A stretch of DNA of 64,000 nt, from NCBI RefSeq assembly GCF_009914755.1, contig NC_060930.1; one strand, written 5' to 3'. This DNA is from the human T2T-CHM13v2.0 reference genome, Homo sapiens. Positions 10,075 to 27,331 of this stretch are shown here, piece by piece (the first letter of the stretch is position 1; every line of letters starts with the position of its first letter). The notes under the pieces were generated by a model, which did not search any database, was not told where the DNA came from, and saw nothing but the letters and a program-made list of their open reading frames with translations. The translations under genes and the position numbers were made by a program.

Positions 10075-10975
10075 ATATGATGTCTACTGATGATGATAGT
10101 GATGGTGGTGGTGGTGGTGATGGTGGTGGTGGTAATAATTGTGATGGTGGTGGAATGATGATGATGGTGGTGGTGGGTAGTAATGATGGTGTTGGTGATG
10201 GTGGTAGTGGTCGTGGTGATGGTGATAGTGATAGTGATGGTGGTGGTAATGATAATGCTAATGGTGATGGTAATGATAATGATTATCATGATGATAGCGG
10301 TGGTGATGGTGATGGTGATGATAATGGTGATGGTGGTAGAATGATGATGATGGTGATGGTGGTGGTGGTGGTAGTAATGATGATGGTGGTGGTGATGATG
10401 TTGAGGGTGATGATAATAGTGACAGTGGTGGTGGTAATGATAATGGTGATGGTGGAATGATGGTGATGGTGGTGGAATGATGATGGTGGTGCTGAGTAGT
10501 AATGATGGTGATGGTGGTGGTGGCTGTGGTGATGGTGATAGTGATGTTGATGGTAATGGTGGTGGTAATGATAGTGATAATGGTGGTGGTAATGGTAATG
10601 ACTATCATGATAATGGTGGTGATGGTGGTGATGGTGATGATGGTGGTGATGGTGGTGGTGATGATAATGGTGATGGTGGTGCAATGCTGGTGATGATGGG
10701 GATGGTGATGATGGGGATGGTGATGATGAGGATGGTAATGATAATGGTGATGGTGGTGGAATGATGATGACAGTGATGGTGGTGGTAGTGGTAGTAACGA
10801 TGATGGTGGTGGTGATGATAGTGATGATGGTGATGATGTTGAGGGTGATGATAATAGTGATAGCGGTGGTGGTAATGATAATGGTGATGGTGGCGGTGGT
10901 GATGATGTTGATGAAGATGATAATGGGAGTGGTGGTGGCAATGTGGATGGTGATGATGATGTTGACGATGATGAT
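10075..10975. repeat. Imperfect (TGG/TGA)n low-complexity trinucleotide array
   Basis: About 900 bp of ggt/gat/aat triplets, the source of the poly-H/T/M/V/D pseudo-ORFs. Confidence 0.95.
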
Positions 10976-11149
10976 GCTCATCACAATCACCTTATATGTT
11001 AGTACAGGTAAGAAAGCCAAGGCTAAAAGAGATTAAATAACTGCCCAATGTCACATGGAAGATGGTAGAGCCAGAATTCACACCCAGATCCTTATGATTT
11101 TAGCTTGGTGCTTTCATCAGTTGAGGTATTGGAGAGGATCTGTTTGCTT

Positions 11150-11597
11150 TCTGGCTGCCCAGCAGTCTATCACCCTACATCCCATAATCCTGTTGAGGGA
11201 TCCACCCTTTGCCCTTCTGGGTATGAGTGGGGTCCTGCCTCCACCTCTAGCATGTAATAGCTGATGCAGGTTGGAGCCAATCAGTGATGGGTTCAGGGAC
11301 AGGCCTGTGACCCAAGTTCAACCTCTCAGACCTGGCCAACTATTGTTCACTTAATGGGGACAGTGGCCTTCCTCAGTCTTTCCTGGCAAAGCAAGAGCTG
11401 CCACAGCATCTGCCACCACAAGAATCTCACCTTTGTGCCCAAGGATGATGCCTACTGCATGGCTGGACAGGGCCTGGGCCCTGGGGCCATCATGTGAGCC
11501 TAAAGACTTTTCAGCTCAACAAGAATTCCCCTTTTTTGCTTAATCCATCTTAAGTTGGATTTTCTGTCACTTGCAAGAAAGAGTCATGTTAGATACA
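11150..11597 (+). mobile_element. MLT1-type (MaLR) LTR, degraded
   Basis: gtgatgggttcagggacaggcctgtgacccaag and 3' end ccctttttgcttaa...gttggattttctgtcacttgcaa...gataca. Confidence 0.6.
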
Positions 11598-12271
11598 ACT
11601 CTATTCTGTATATTAGTAGGAGCTGCCATGATGGAGTGCGTAGCACGTGCTCGACACTTGATGCACATTCTTATTGTTTCTCCCCCGACAACCCTGCAGC
11701 CCCCATTTCATATAAGAAAACAATCAATGAGAGTTCATGACTTTTCTAAGTCCCGACAGCCAGTAAGTGGGAACCAGGGTTCCAATTCAGGTCTCCCTGT
11801 GCCATCCTGCACCTTCTCTGAGCCTCAGGTTCCTCACTTGTAAAATAGGAACAATAATATCTAAGTCTTAGAGGTTTGCAGCATTTAAATTTTTATAAGT
11901 GCAAAACACTGGGAGCAGCCTGGCACACCCAAAGGTGTTCCTCTTTTGCCAAGTTTCCTTTTAGTTGGCCTCAGTGTTCCCAGACTCAGGAGTGCAGAAA
12001 GGGGGATCAAGAAACCAAGGAGGATGACATTTTAAAAATAGTAGAAAAAGCACAGAAAAAGGAAAGCAAACTTTGCAATTATCTAGACCAGTGGTTTTTA
12101 ACCTTTTTGTTAAACAAAAAACAAACAAACAAAAACCTTTCTTCAAATGACAGCTTATGCAAAAGGCTGATGTGGAAAACACCACTTGAAAATGCTGGTT
12201 TTACAAATGAGGGGTTGGAGTCAAGTCATACAAAGAGTTAACGTGCCTAGTCCAGGTCTGTCTGGCTAGTG

Positions 12272-12406
12272 GCAGAGTCAGAACGCTTTTCTAGGGCTCC
12301 AGACTCATAATGTCCTCACCAGCACCTCTGAGAAAGTCAGCAGAGTCAGAACGCTTTTCTAGGTTCCAGACTCATAATGTCCTCACCAGCACCTCTGAGA
12401 AAGTCA
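12272..12406. repeat. Tandem duplication, 2 x ~68 bp
   Basis: gcagagtcagaacgcttttctagg(g/-)(c/t)tccagactcataatgtcctcaccagcacctctgagaaagtca occurs twice. Confidence 0.95.
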
Positions 12407-12889
12407 GGCAGAGATCCCAAAACAGTCTTAGTGTTCCAGTGGTCAAGGGGGTAAGTCTGATAGATATAATTATTGTCAGGGCATACTGAAAAATGAAGAA
12501 GGAATCCCTAAGATGTAGTCCAGGTGCTGATACCACATCCTGCACAGATGTTCCCTCTCTTTCTCTCACCCATCAACCAATACCAAATACTATCCTAGAT
12601 TTGGGGCCATGGGGCCTGTCTGCCTCTCCCTTAGCTGCAGGTCCCCTGCCTAACACCCTCCCACACACATTAGACATGTGGATTTGGTAAGAAGGCTAGT
12701 TTATTATAACTTTTGTCATTATTGTTTTACATCATGTTTAGAAATACAATCTGGCTAATTTCACATAAAAAATAATCTAACACCCTTAAGGGCTGGGTGA
12801 AAACCCCACTTACCTGAGGAAGCAATATGAATGCTGGAGTTATGAATTCAGAGACTCAAAGACCTTTACTGGTTTTCTGCTTGTTTTAG

Positions 12890-15800
12890 GTATAAAGGAA
12901 ATACACAATCATTAAAATAAAAAATGGATCACACCCCAAAACTTCAACAGCAAAACTATTTTGCTAACATGCCCCACTATGAAACCAAAGACAAGAAGTC
13001 AGCTACAAATAAAGACCCTGTACAAGGCCTTGGCCCTGTGAAAACCTCCAAAGAAGAAGTCTATTGGCTGTACTCAATCTACACTGCAGTTAAAGAAACA
13101 CCCACACAGAGACATGAGAAAGAACCAATGTAAGAACTCCAATAAATCAAATGGCCAGAAGGTCATATGTCCTCCAAACAACTGCACCAGTTTTCCAACA
13201 AGGGTTCTTAACAAGACTGAGCTAACTCAAATGACAGAAATATAATTCAGACTACGGATACAAATGAAGATCATCAAGATTTAGCACAATGGCAAAATCC
13301 AATTCAAGGAAATTAAAAATCACAATAAAATAATATAGAGGCTGAAAGATTAAATTGCTGGTATAAAAAAAGAACCTAACGGATCTGACAGAGCTGAGAG
13401 CTGAGAAACAAACTATAAGAATTTCACAATGCAATCCAAGTATTAATAGGAGAATAGACCAAGCTGAGGAAAGGATCTCAGAAATGGAAGACTAGCTCTC
13501 TGCAATCAGACAGTTGACAAAAATGAAGAAAAAAGAAGGAAAATGAATGAACAAAACCTACAAGAAATATGGGGAAAAAAGGCCAAATCTACAAATCATT
13601 GGCATCTCTGAAAGGGATGGGGAGAAAGCTAACAATCTGGAAAACAATTTAGGATACCAACCATGAAAACTTCCCCAATCTTGCTAGAGAGGCCAACAGT
13701 CAAATTCAGAAAATACAGAGAATCCCTGCCAGATTCTACACAAGAAGATCATCCCAAGACACATAATCATCAGCTTTTCCAAGGTCAAAATGAAAGACAG
13801 AATGTTAAAGGCAACTAGAGAGAAAGGGCAGGTCATCTACAAAGGGAACCCCATCAACCTAACAGCATACCTCTCAGCTGAACCTCTGCAAGCCAGAAGA
13901 GATTGTGGGCCTATATTCAACATTTTAAAATATATATATATTCAGCCAAAAATTTCATATCCAACCAAACTAAGCTTCCTAAGCAACAGAGAAATAAGAT
14001 CCCTTTTAGATAAGCAAATGTTGAGGGAGTTTGTTACCACCAGACCTGCCTTACAAGAGATCTTGAAAAGAGCACCAACTATAGAAAGGAAAGAGGGCTA
14101 CTAGCCAATACAAAAATACAATTAAATTCACAAACCAGTGACACTATAAAGCCACCACACAAACAAGCCAGCATAAAAACACAATCAGAGCATCAAATTC
14201 ACACATACCAATACTTGCCTTGAATGTAAATGGGCTAAATGCCCAACTTAAGAGGCACAGAGTGGCAAGCTCGATAAAAAAGCAAGACCCAATTGTATGC
14301 TGTTGTCAAGAGAACCATCTCACATGTAATGACACCCAAAGGCTCAAAATAAAGAGATGGAGGAGAATCTACCACGCAAATGGAAATCAGAAAAAAGCAG
14401 GGGTGGCAATCCTAATTTCAGACAAAACAGACTTTAAACCAACAAAGACCAAAAAAGACAAAGAAGGGCATTACATAATGGTAAAGGGTTCAATTCAACA
14501 AGACCAACTATCCTAAATATATATGCATCCAACACAAGAGCACCCAGCTTCATAAAGAAAGTTCTTAGAGACCTACAAAGAGACTGAGATGCCCACACAA
14601 TAATAGTGGGAGACTTCAGCAGTTCACTGACAGTATTAGACAGATCATTGAGGCAGAAAACTTACAAAGATATTCAGGACCTGAACTCAACATTGGATCA
14701 AATGGATCTGATAGACCTCCACAGAACTCTCTACCCCCAAACAATAGAATATATATTATTCTCATAATCACATGGCACATTCTCTAAAAATCAACCACAT
14801 AATTGGACATAAAACAATCCTCAGCAAATGCAAAAGAACCAAAATTATACCAAAAACACCCTCAGACGACAGCTCAATAAAAATAGAAGCCAAGACTAAG
14901 AAAATTACTCAAAACCATGCAATTACATGGGAATTAAACAACATGCTCCTGAATGACTTGGGGGTAAATAATAAAACTAAGGCAGAAATCAAGAAGTTCT
15001 TTGAAACTAAAGAGAATTAAGAAACAACATACTGGAATCTCTGGGACACAGCTAAGGTAGTGTTAAGAGGGAAATTCATAGCATTAAAAGCTCACATCAA
15101 AAAGAAAGATCCCAAAGTAAGAACCTAACATCACAACTTGAAGAATTAGAGAAACAAGAGCAAATCAACTCCAAAACTAGCAGCAGGCAAGGAAAACCAA
15201 AATCAGAGTTGAAATGAAGAAAGTCAAGACATGAAAAAACATTCAAAAGATCAACAAATCCAAGAGTTGGTTTTTTGAAAACATTAATAAGACAGATAGT
15301 TTGCTACCTGGCTAATAAAGAAGAAAAGAGAGAGAAGACCCAAAGTAACACAATTACAAATGACAAGGGGGATGTTAGCACTGACCCCACAAAAATAAAA
15401 ATAACCATCAGAAACTACTACAGACAGCTCTATGCACACAAACTAGAAAATCTAGAAGAGATGGATAAATTACTGGACACATACACCCTCCCAAGACAGA
15501 ACCAGGAAGAAATTGATTCCTTGAACAGAACCACAATGATCTCCAAAATTGAATCAGTAATGAATAGCCTACTAAGAAACAAAAGGCCAGGACCAGATAG
15601 ATTCACAGCTGAATTCTACCAGATGTGCAAAGAAGAGCTAGTACCATTCCTACTGAAACGTCAAAAAAAATTGAGGAAGAGGGACTGCTTCCCATTTTAT
15701 TCTATGAGGCCAGCATCATCCTGATACCAAAACCTGAAAGAGACACAACAACAATAAAAACTTCAGGCTGATATCCTTGATGAACACTGATACAAAAATC

Positions 15801-17920
15801 CTCAACAAAATACTTGCAAACCTAATCCAGCAGGACATCAAAAAGCTAATCCATCATGATCAAATAGTCTTCATCCCTGGGATGTAAGATTGGTTCAACA
15901 TATGTAAATCAATAAAATGTGACTCATCACATAAATGTGACTAAAGACAAAACCCACATGATTATCTTGATAGATGCAGAAAAGGCTTTTGAAAAAATGT
16001 ACCACCGTTCATGTTGAAAACTCTCAATAAACTAGGTATTGAAGGAATATATCTCAAAATAATAAGAGACATCTATGACAAACCCACAGCCAGCATCATA
16101 CTGAATGGGCAAAAGCTGGATGCATTCCCCTTGAAAACCAGCACAAGGTAAGGATGCCCTCTCTCATCAGTCCTATTCAACACAGTATTGGAAGTCCTGG
16201 CCAGAGCAGTCAAGCAAGGGAAAGAAATAAAGAGCATCCATACGGGAAGAGAGGAAATCAAACTATCCCTGTTTGCAGATGACATGATTCTGTATCTAGA
16301 AAACCCCATAGTCTCAGCCCAAAAGCTCCTTCTCTGTTAATCAACTTCAGCAAAGTTTCAGAATACAAAATCAAAATACAAAAATCACTAGCATCCCTAT
16401 ACACCAAGAGCCAAGCCGAGAGCCAAATCAGGAACACAATCCCATTCACAATTGCCACAAAAAATAAAATACCTAAGAATACAGCCAACCAGGGCGGTGA
16501 CAGATCTCTACATTGAGAATTACAAAATGCTGCTCAAAGAAATCAGGGATGACACAAGTGAATGGAAAAACATTCCATGCTCATGGATCGGAAGAATCAA
16601 TATCATTAAAATGGCCATATGGCCCAAAGTAATTTACAGATTCATTGCTATTCCTATCAAACTGCCAATGACATTCTTCACAGCACTGTTAAAAAACTAT
16701 TTTAAAATTTATATAGAACCAAAAAGGAGCCAGAATACCCATGGTAATCCTAAACAAAAAGAACAAAGGTGGAGGCATCACATTACCTGTCTTCAAACTA
16801 CACTTCAGGGCCATAGTAACCAAAACAACATGGTACTGGTGAAAACAAAACAAAACAAAACAAACAAACAAACAAACAGACACATAGACCAACGGGACAG
16901 AATAGAGAGCCCAGAAATAAGGCCAAACCTACAACCATCTGATCTTTGACAAAGCTGACAAAAATCAAGGTCTAATATCCAGCATCTATAAGAAACTTAA
17001 ACAAATTTACAAGAAACAAAACAACTCCATTAAAAAGTATGCAAGAGACATGACCAAACACTTTTCTAAAGGAAACATACAGGCAGCCCACAAGCATATG
17101 AAAAAATGCTCAATATCACTGATAGTTAGAGAAATGCAAATCAAAACCACAACGAGAAACCATCTCATCTCAGCCAGAATGGCTATTATTTTTAAAAAAG
17201 TCAAAAAATAACAGATGCTGGAAAGGTTGTGGAGAAAAGGGAGCACTTACACACTGTTGGTGGGACTGTAAATTAGTTCATCTATTGTAGAAAGCAGTCC
17301 AGTGATTCCTCAAAGAGCTAAAAACAGACCTAACACTCAACCCAGCAATCCTATTACCGGGTATATACCCAGAGGAATATAAATTACTCTATCATAAAGA
17401 CAGATGAATGTGAATGTTCATTGCAGCACTATTCATAAGAGCAAAGACTTGGAATCACCTATATGCCTATCGATGACAGATTGGATAAAGAAAATGTGGT
17501 ACATATACACCATGAAATACTATGTGGCCATAAAAAAGAATGAGATAATGCCTTTTACAGGAACACGAATGGAGCTGGAGGCCATTATCCTTAGAAAACT
17601 AACACAGGAACAGAAAACCAAATACCACATGTTCACACTTACAAGTGGGAGCTAAATGATGACAACTCATGGACACAAAAATGGGAGCAACAGACACTGG
17701 GGCCTACCTGAAGGAGAAGAGCGGGAGGAGAGAGAGGAGCAGGAAATACTAAGTATTGGGTACTAGGCTTAGGACCTAGGTGACAAAATAATCTGTACAA
17801 CTAACCCACGAGACACAAATTTACTTATGCAAAAAACCTGCACATGTAACCCTGAACCTAAAATAAAAGTTAAAATTAATTAAAATAGAATGAAAAAGGT
17901 TCTGAAAAAAAAAAAAAAAA
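12890..17920 (+). mobile_element. Old L1 (L1PA13-16-like), degraded ORF1/ORF2, internal deletion near 16965
   Basis: Fragmented ORF1 (13790..14104) and ORF2 EN/RT pieces (14220..14516 NVNGLN..., 15275..15724, 16452..16949); L1PA-type 3'UTR and poly(A) at ~17905-17920. Confidence 0.92.
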
Positions 17921-18094
17921 AGAGAGAGACTCAAAGAAACAGTCTTCCACCCCTTGCCCATGTGCCTTCAAGACCCATTATGCAGAAATACACAGCTGCC
18001 CCGGCAAAATCAGGAGTGGGTGGACCACATTCATGGATAGGAATTTGCACAGCTTTCTCCAAAATGATCATTTTGTCACATGGACTGTAGGTCA

Positions 18095-18253
<159 letters not shown>

Positions 18254-19708
18254 TCAGCAGTTATGTTTGACTGCTCTGCTAGCAGCTGCAGCACCCACAA
18301 CCAGGCATCCCTGCCTTGAAGCTCCAGAGCCCTCTGAGCTGGCACTGCCTTGCTTCACTGGCACAGAGCAATGTAGAACATAGAGTTTCACCCTCACATT
18401 TGCCTGTGGTTGCCTATGGACTACGCAGATATAAGGTTTCATTTGAAAGGCATCAGTTGCATATAAGAAACTGCTGGTGGCCTTCACCTTTGAAAGTAGG
18501 GATGACAAAGGCGCACTTCTCATGTATATTCTGTGCACAACTGGAATCTCACGCCGAGTGCATCCTTTTACATTAATTGAACAGGGCATTGATCAGTGCA
18601 CAGAATGTCTGACTGAGGCGCCACGAAGAGGCTGTAAAATTGCAAACACGTTGTGTGCCCAGAGCAACTTGTTCCATCCTTGCTTGGATCCTCCACTTCT
18701 TCCTCAGTGAATGTTACTACACCATGGTTGTAAGAATCTAGTGAAATACTTGATACCAAATGAAAGTGTGAACATTGAGATGAATGTTTTCAAAGCTGCA
18801 ACATGTATGGGGAGTCATGCGAACTGGTTCTCTTATTGGGAATGAAGTCTGTCACTGACTGCTTGACTTGAGCCCAGCCCATGGGACACGGAGCAGAAGG
18901 GTGTATATCATGGAGTGAACTGGGCCATGGACATGTAACAGAAGACCAGCTGAGAGTCTGAATGTTATTCTGGGGCACATGTGAGTCTAGGATTGGTGCC
19001 AAGAGCATGTAAATGAACAACAAGCAAATATTGAAGGTGGACCATTTGTTTTTCCTTGCTAATTGGCTGCCCAATTTTGAAACAGTCTGCAGCACACACT
19101 GTCACATGGGAATGATGTTTTACAGTGACACATATTTAGAAGGGAGAGAAAGGATAAATACATGTTTTACAATTTAAAATTTTCACTATTACCAAACAAA
19201 AATATCCACTCAAAATACAACTCAACAATGCAGCAGTCATCTAATAGCAAAGAAATGCAGAGAAAAGCAAAACTGCAGGTGACTATGAATAAAGGGTGAA
19301 TGTAGTCTCAAATCCTCAAAGAGCTGTGTTTATTTCATTGATTCAATGAATGAATTGAATAAATACTCGTATTCAATTCTGATGTGCTTTAAGGATGAAT
19401 ATGCTCATTTTACACTTAGCACACACTTTGTCCCCTGTTCTCTTTATAGAAAGTTTCTTCCTCATTGTTAAGGTTTCCCTTTGGTACCAATTTTCCCTGT
19501 CCACTTAAAGTATTTCATTTAAAAAACTCAGCATAAAATATACACTGAGTCTGAAAAGAGTCTGAAAGTGGTATGTGAGCTCTGGCATCTCCACTGAGCT
19601 CACTGTTCCCCTGCAGTTGTTCTTTTCCCAGTAGCTGTTTCTTGTCCTTCTTTCTTTGTGGAACCTCTCCCTGTGCATACACAGCTTTGTATTTAGCCAA
19701 AGACTTGA

Positions 19709-20065
<357 letters not shown>

Positions 20066-20689
20066 TAGGAAGTACCTTCCCCCACTGTAACTTATGAAGT
20101 AAGAAGCTAATTTATCATGTGGTAAAAAGGAACCAAATAAAACCTGTGTCTCAACATGTTAGGAGCACTGCTTCAGTGAAATCAGTGAAGTAAGTGCCCA
20201 TATTAGTCACGCATTGATACACATACTTATTTTCCTAAGTGAATTCTCCACAATTCTGAAAATCAGTGAAAAGATCATCTCATGTTAGTTCTACACAAAA
20301 CCAAGCAGCGCATGTGACTCTCCCTGTGTCAGGGCATACGCATCCCTTTCCACCGAGGATCAATGTGCCCTATGGGAAGCAACTTCTTGCCTTTCAAACC
20401 AAATTCAGTAAATAAAAATTGTTTTGTATAGCTGACATAGGATCACATCAATTGCACGAAAAAGGTCAGTCTGTGCAAGGAACTTACAACGTCGAATGGG
20501 GCATGTTAAGAAGGCGTAACCCATCACACTGGCTTTTCTGCTGTTCGAATTTTTTTCTGGTCAAAAATACAGGTGCTAGGACTCCCTGAGCCCAGCAGGT
20601 GTTAGAACAGAGGAAGGCAGAGGGCGGCCTCCTGCAAAACATCTCCTACTCCTGCCAGTTTCTAATCCAGGGTCCAGGGGCTGGAGCAT

Positions 20690-21390
20690 CCGGGCTCCCG
20701 GTGCTTGCGCTTGGAAACAGAAATGCCCTCCCACAAGCCCCACTTCTCTCAGGGGCTCCGACCCACCTACCTGAGGATCAGTCCGGGAGCCAGCGTCTGG
20801 ACAGAGCGGGGTCGCGCCCTGGAACACAGGGCAGGAGAGGAAGGAGAAAAGCCCAGCTGACAGCGCAGGGGCGAGCGTCCTGCCTTTCCCAGCGGCCTTG
20901 GCCTGACCATCCTGGCCCTGCGGGAGGGGGTCCGCCCACCCGCGCCCTGTCCATGTCTCCGCCCCGTTCCAGCGCCCCGTGTCCGCGCCCTCCTCCTGTC
21001 CCTTGCCACCGCCTCGTGTCCCTCATACCGCGCCTCCGCGGAGCGCAGGCTGCCTTGGTCCGGTCCCGCCTTGGACCCTCGCCTTCGCTCCAGAAGAATC
21101 AGTGTCCTCCGGGCGGCCACGGGCCCGCTGCGGCTCCCACCCTGGCGCCCCTGCATTGCTCTCCCCACTCTCAGCCTCACCCCCCACCCACTACTACCAC
21201 CTCGTATTTTGCAGCCTCAGGACATGAACCATCTGCTGCCTGAAGTCGCTTGGGATACAGCCCGCGAAGCCCGCGACAGGTTTTGGGAGCCGGACACTCC
21301 CTCCCACCTGAGGCATGGGCAAAGTGTGGGGTCTGCTGCCCCCTGTCGGTGTGGCTGACGTTCGCTTCTCTTTCCACGCTGCCCAGCAGT
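20690..21390. promoter_or_regulatory. CpG island-like GC-rich segment with GC boxes and a CTCF-like motif (21334-21349)
   Basis: Dense CpGs (cgcgcc, ccgcgg, gcggcc), ccgccc boxes near 20932 and 20959, and CCGACAGGGGGCAGCA on -. Confidence 0.7.
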
Positions 21391-21659
21391 GTTCCAACTG
21401 GAACATTCCTTTTTTTTTTTTTTTAATTAATGTATTTGTTTATTTATTTATTGTTATTATACTTTAAGTTTTAGGATACATGTGCACAATGTGCAGGTTA
21501 GTTACATATGTATACATGTGCCATGCTGGTGCGCTGCACCCACTAACTCGTCATCTAGCATTAGTTATATCTCCCAGTGCTATCCCTCCCCCCTCCCCCC
21601 ACCCCACAACAGTCCCCAGAGTGTGATGTTCCCCTTCCTGTGTCCATGTGTTCTCATTG

Positions 21660-25502
<3,843 letters not shown>

Positions 25503-25550
25503 TTATTTTGCTCGTTAGTTGATGTAGTTTCTTCCTAGTCTCAATGGTCT

Positions 25551-26567
25551 TTACATTTTGTCATGATTTTGCAGCAGCTGGTACCGGTTGTTCCTTTCCA
25601 TGTTTAGCGCTTCCTTCAGGAGCTCTTTTAGGGCAGGCCTGGTGGTGACAAAATCTCTCAACAATTGCTTGTCTGTAAAGTATTTTATTTCTCCTTCACT
25701 TATGAAGCTTAGTTTGGCTGGATATGAAATTCTGGGTTGAAAATTCTTTTCTTTAAGAATGTTGAATATTGGCCCCCACTCTTTTCTGGCTTGTAGAGTT
25801 TCTGCCGAGAGATCCACTGTTAGTCTGATGGGCTTCCCTTTGAAGGTAACCCGACCTTTGTCTCTGGCTGCCCTTAACCTTTTTTCCTTCATTTCAACTT
25901 TGGTGAATCTGACAATTATGTGTCTTGGAGTTGCTCTTCTCGAGGAGTATGTTTGTGGCGTTCTCTGTATTTCCTGAATCTGAATGTTGGCCTGCCTTGC
26001 TAGATTGGGGAAGTTCTCCTGGATGATATCCTGCAGAGTGTTTTCCAACTTGGTTCCATTCTCCCCGTCACTTTCAGGTACACCAATCAGACGTAGATTT
26101 GGTCTTTTCACATAGTCCCATATTTCTTGGAGGCTTTGCTCGTTTCTTTTTATTCTTTTTTCTCTAAACTTCCCTTCTCGCTTCATTTCATTCATTTCAT
26201 CTTCCATCACTGAAACCCTTTCTTCCAGTTGATCGCATCGGCTCCTGAGGCTTCTGCATTCTTCACGTAGTTCTCGAGCCTTGGTTTTCAGCTCCATCAG
26301 CTCCTTTAAGCACTTCTCTGTATTGGTTATTCTAGTTAGACATTCTTCTAAATTTTTTTCAAAGTTTTCAACTTCTTTGCCTTTGGTTTGAATGTCCTCC
26401 CGTAGCTCAGAGTAATTTGATTGTCTGAAGCCTTCTTCTCTCAGCTCGTCAAAGTCATTCTCCGTCCAGCTTTGTTCTGTTGCTGGTGAGGAACTGCATT
26501 CCTTTGGAGGAGGAGAGGCGCTCTGCTTTTTAGAGTTTCCAGTTTTTCTGCTCTGTTTTTTCCCCAT
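25551..26567 (-). CDS. L1 ORF1p (RNA-binding chaperone), full-length 338 aa
   Basis: MGKKQSRKTGNSK...RRATPR...YPAKLS...ALNMERNNRYQ, uninterrupted. Confidence 0.9.
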   Translation of the reverse strand: MGKKQSRKTGNSKKQSASPPPKECSSSPATEQSWTENDFDELREEGFRQSNYSELREDIQTKGKEVENFEKNLEECLTRITNTEKCLKELMELKTKARELREECRSLRSRCDQLEERVSVMEDEMNEMKREGKFREKRIKRNEQSLQEIWDYVKRPNLRLIGVPESDGENGTKLENTLQDIIQENFPNLARQANIQIQEIQRTPQTYSSRRATPRHIIVRFTKVEMKEKRLRAARDKGRVTFKGKPIRLTVDLSAETLQARKEWGPIFNILKEKNFQPRISYPAKLSFISEGEIKYFTDKQLLRDFVTTRPALKELLKEALNMERNNRYQLLQNHDKM

Positions 26568-27022
26568 CTTTGTGGTTTTATCTACTTTTGGTCTTTGATG
26601 ATGGCGATGTACAGATGGGTTTTTGGTGTGGATGTCCTTTCTGTTTGTTAGTTTTCCTTCTAACAGACAGGACCCTCAGCTGCAGATCTGTTGGAATACC
26701 CAGCCGTGTGAGGTGTCAGTCTGCCCCTGCTGGGGGATGCCTCCCAGTTAGGCTGCTCAGGGGTCAGGGGTCAGGGACCCACTTGAGGAGGCAGTCTGCC
26801 CGTTCTCAGATCTCCAGCTGCGTGCTGGGAGAACCACTGCTCTCTTCAAAGCTGTCAGACAGGGACATTTAAGTCTGCAGAGGTTACTGCTGTCTTTTTG
26901 TTTGTCTGTGCCCTGCCTGCAGAGGTGGAGCCTACAGAGGCAGGCAGGCCTCCTTGAGCTGTGGTGGGCTCCACCCAGTTCGAGCTTCCGGGCTGCTTTG
27001 TTTACCTAAGCAAGCCTGGGCA

Positions 27023-27331
27023 ATGGCGGGCGCCCCTCCCCCAGCCTCGCTGCCGCCTTGCAGTTTGATCTCAGACTGCTGTGCTAGCAATCAGCAAGAC
27101 TCCGTGGGCGTAGGACCCTCCGAGCCAGGTGCGGGATATAAACTCCCGGTGCACCGTTTTTTAAGCCCGTCGGAAAAGCGCAGTATTCGGGTGGGAGTGA
27201 CCCGATTTTCCAGGTGCCGTCTGTCACCCCTTTCTTTGACTAAGAAAGGGAACTCCCTGACCCCTTGCACTTCCCGAGTGAGGCAATGCCTCGCCCTGCT
27301 TCGGCTGGCGCACAGTGCGCGCACCCACTGA
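27023..27331 (+). CDS. L1 antisense ORF0, open, C-terminally extended (102 aa)
   Basis: MAGAPPPASLPPCSLISDCCASNQQDSVGVGPSEPG...; strong Kozak context gcaATGG; splice donors after nt 106 (27128) and nt 191 (27213). Confidence 0.7.
   Translation: MAGAPPPASLPPCSLISDCCASNQQDSVGVGPSEPGAGYKLPVHRFLSPSEKRSIRVGVTRFSRCRLSPLSLTKKGNSLTPCTSRVRQCLALLRLAHSARTH

Noticed and set aside
10062-11036. Long His/Thr/Met/Val/Asp-rich ORFs (up to 244 aa)
   Set aside because: Translations of a stop-poor triplet repeat, open in several frames on both strands.
20599-21243. 214-aa Pro/Arg/Gly-rich ORF and overlapping ORFs
   Set aside because: Expected in GC-rich DNA; no recognisable domain.
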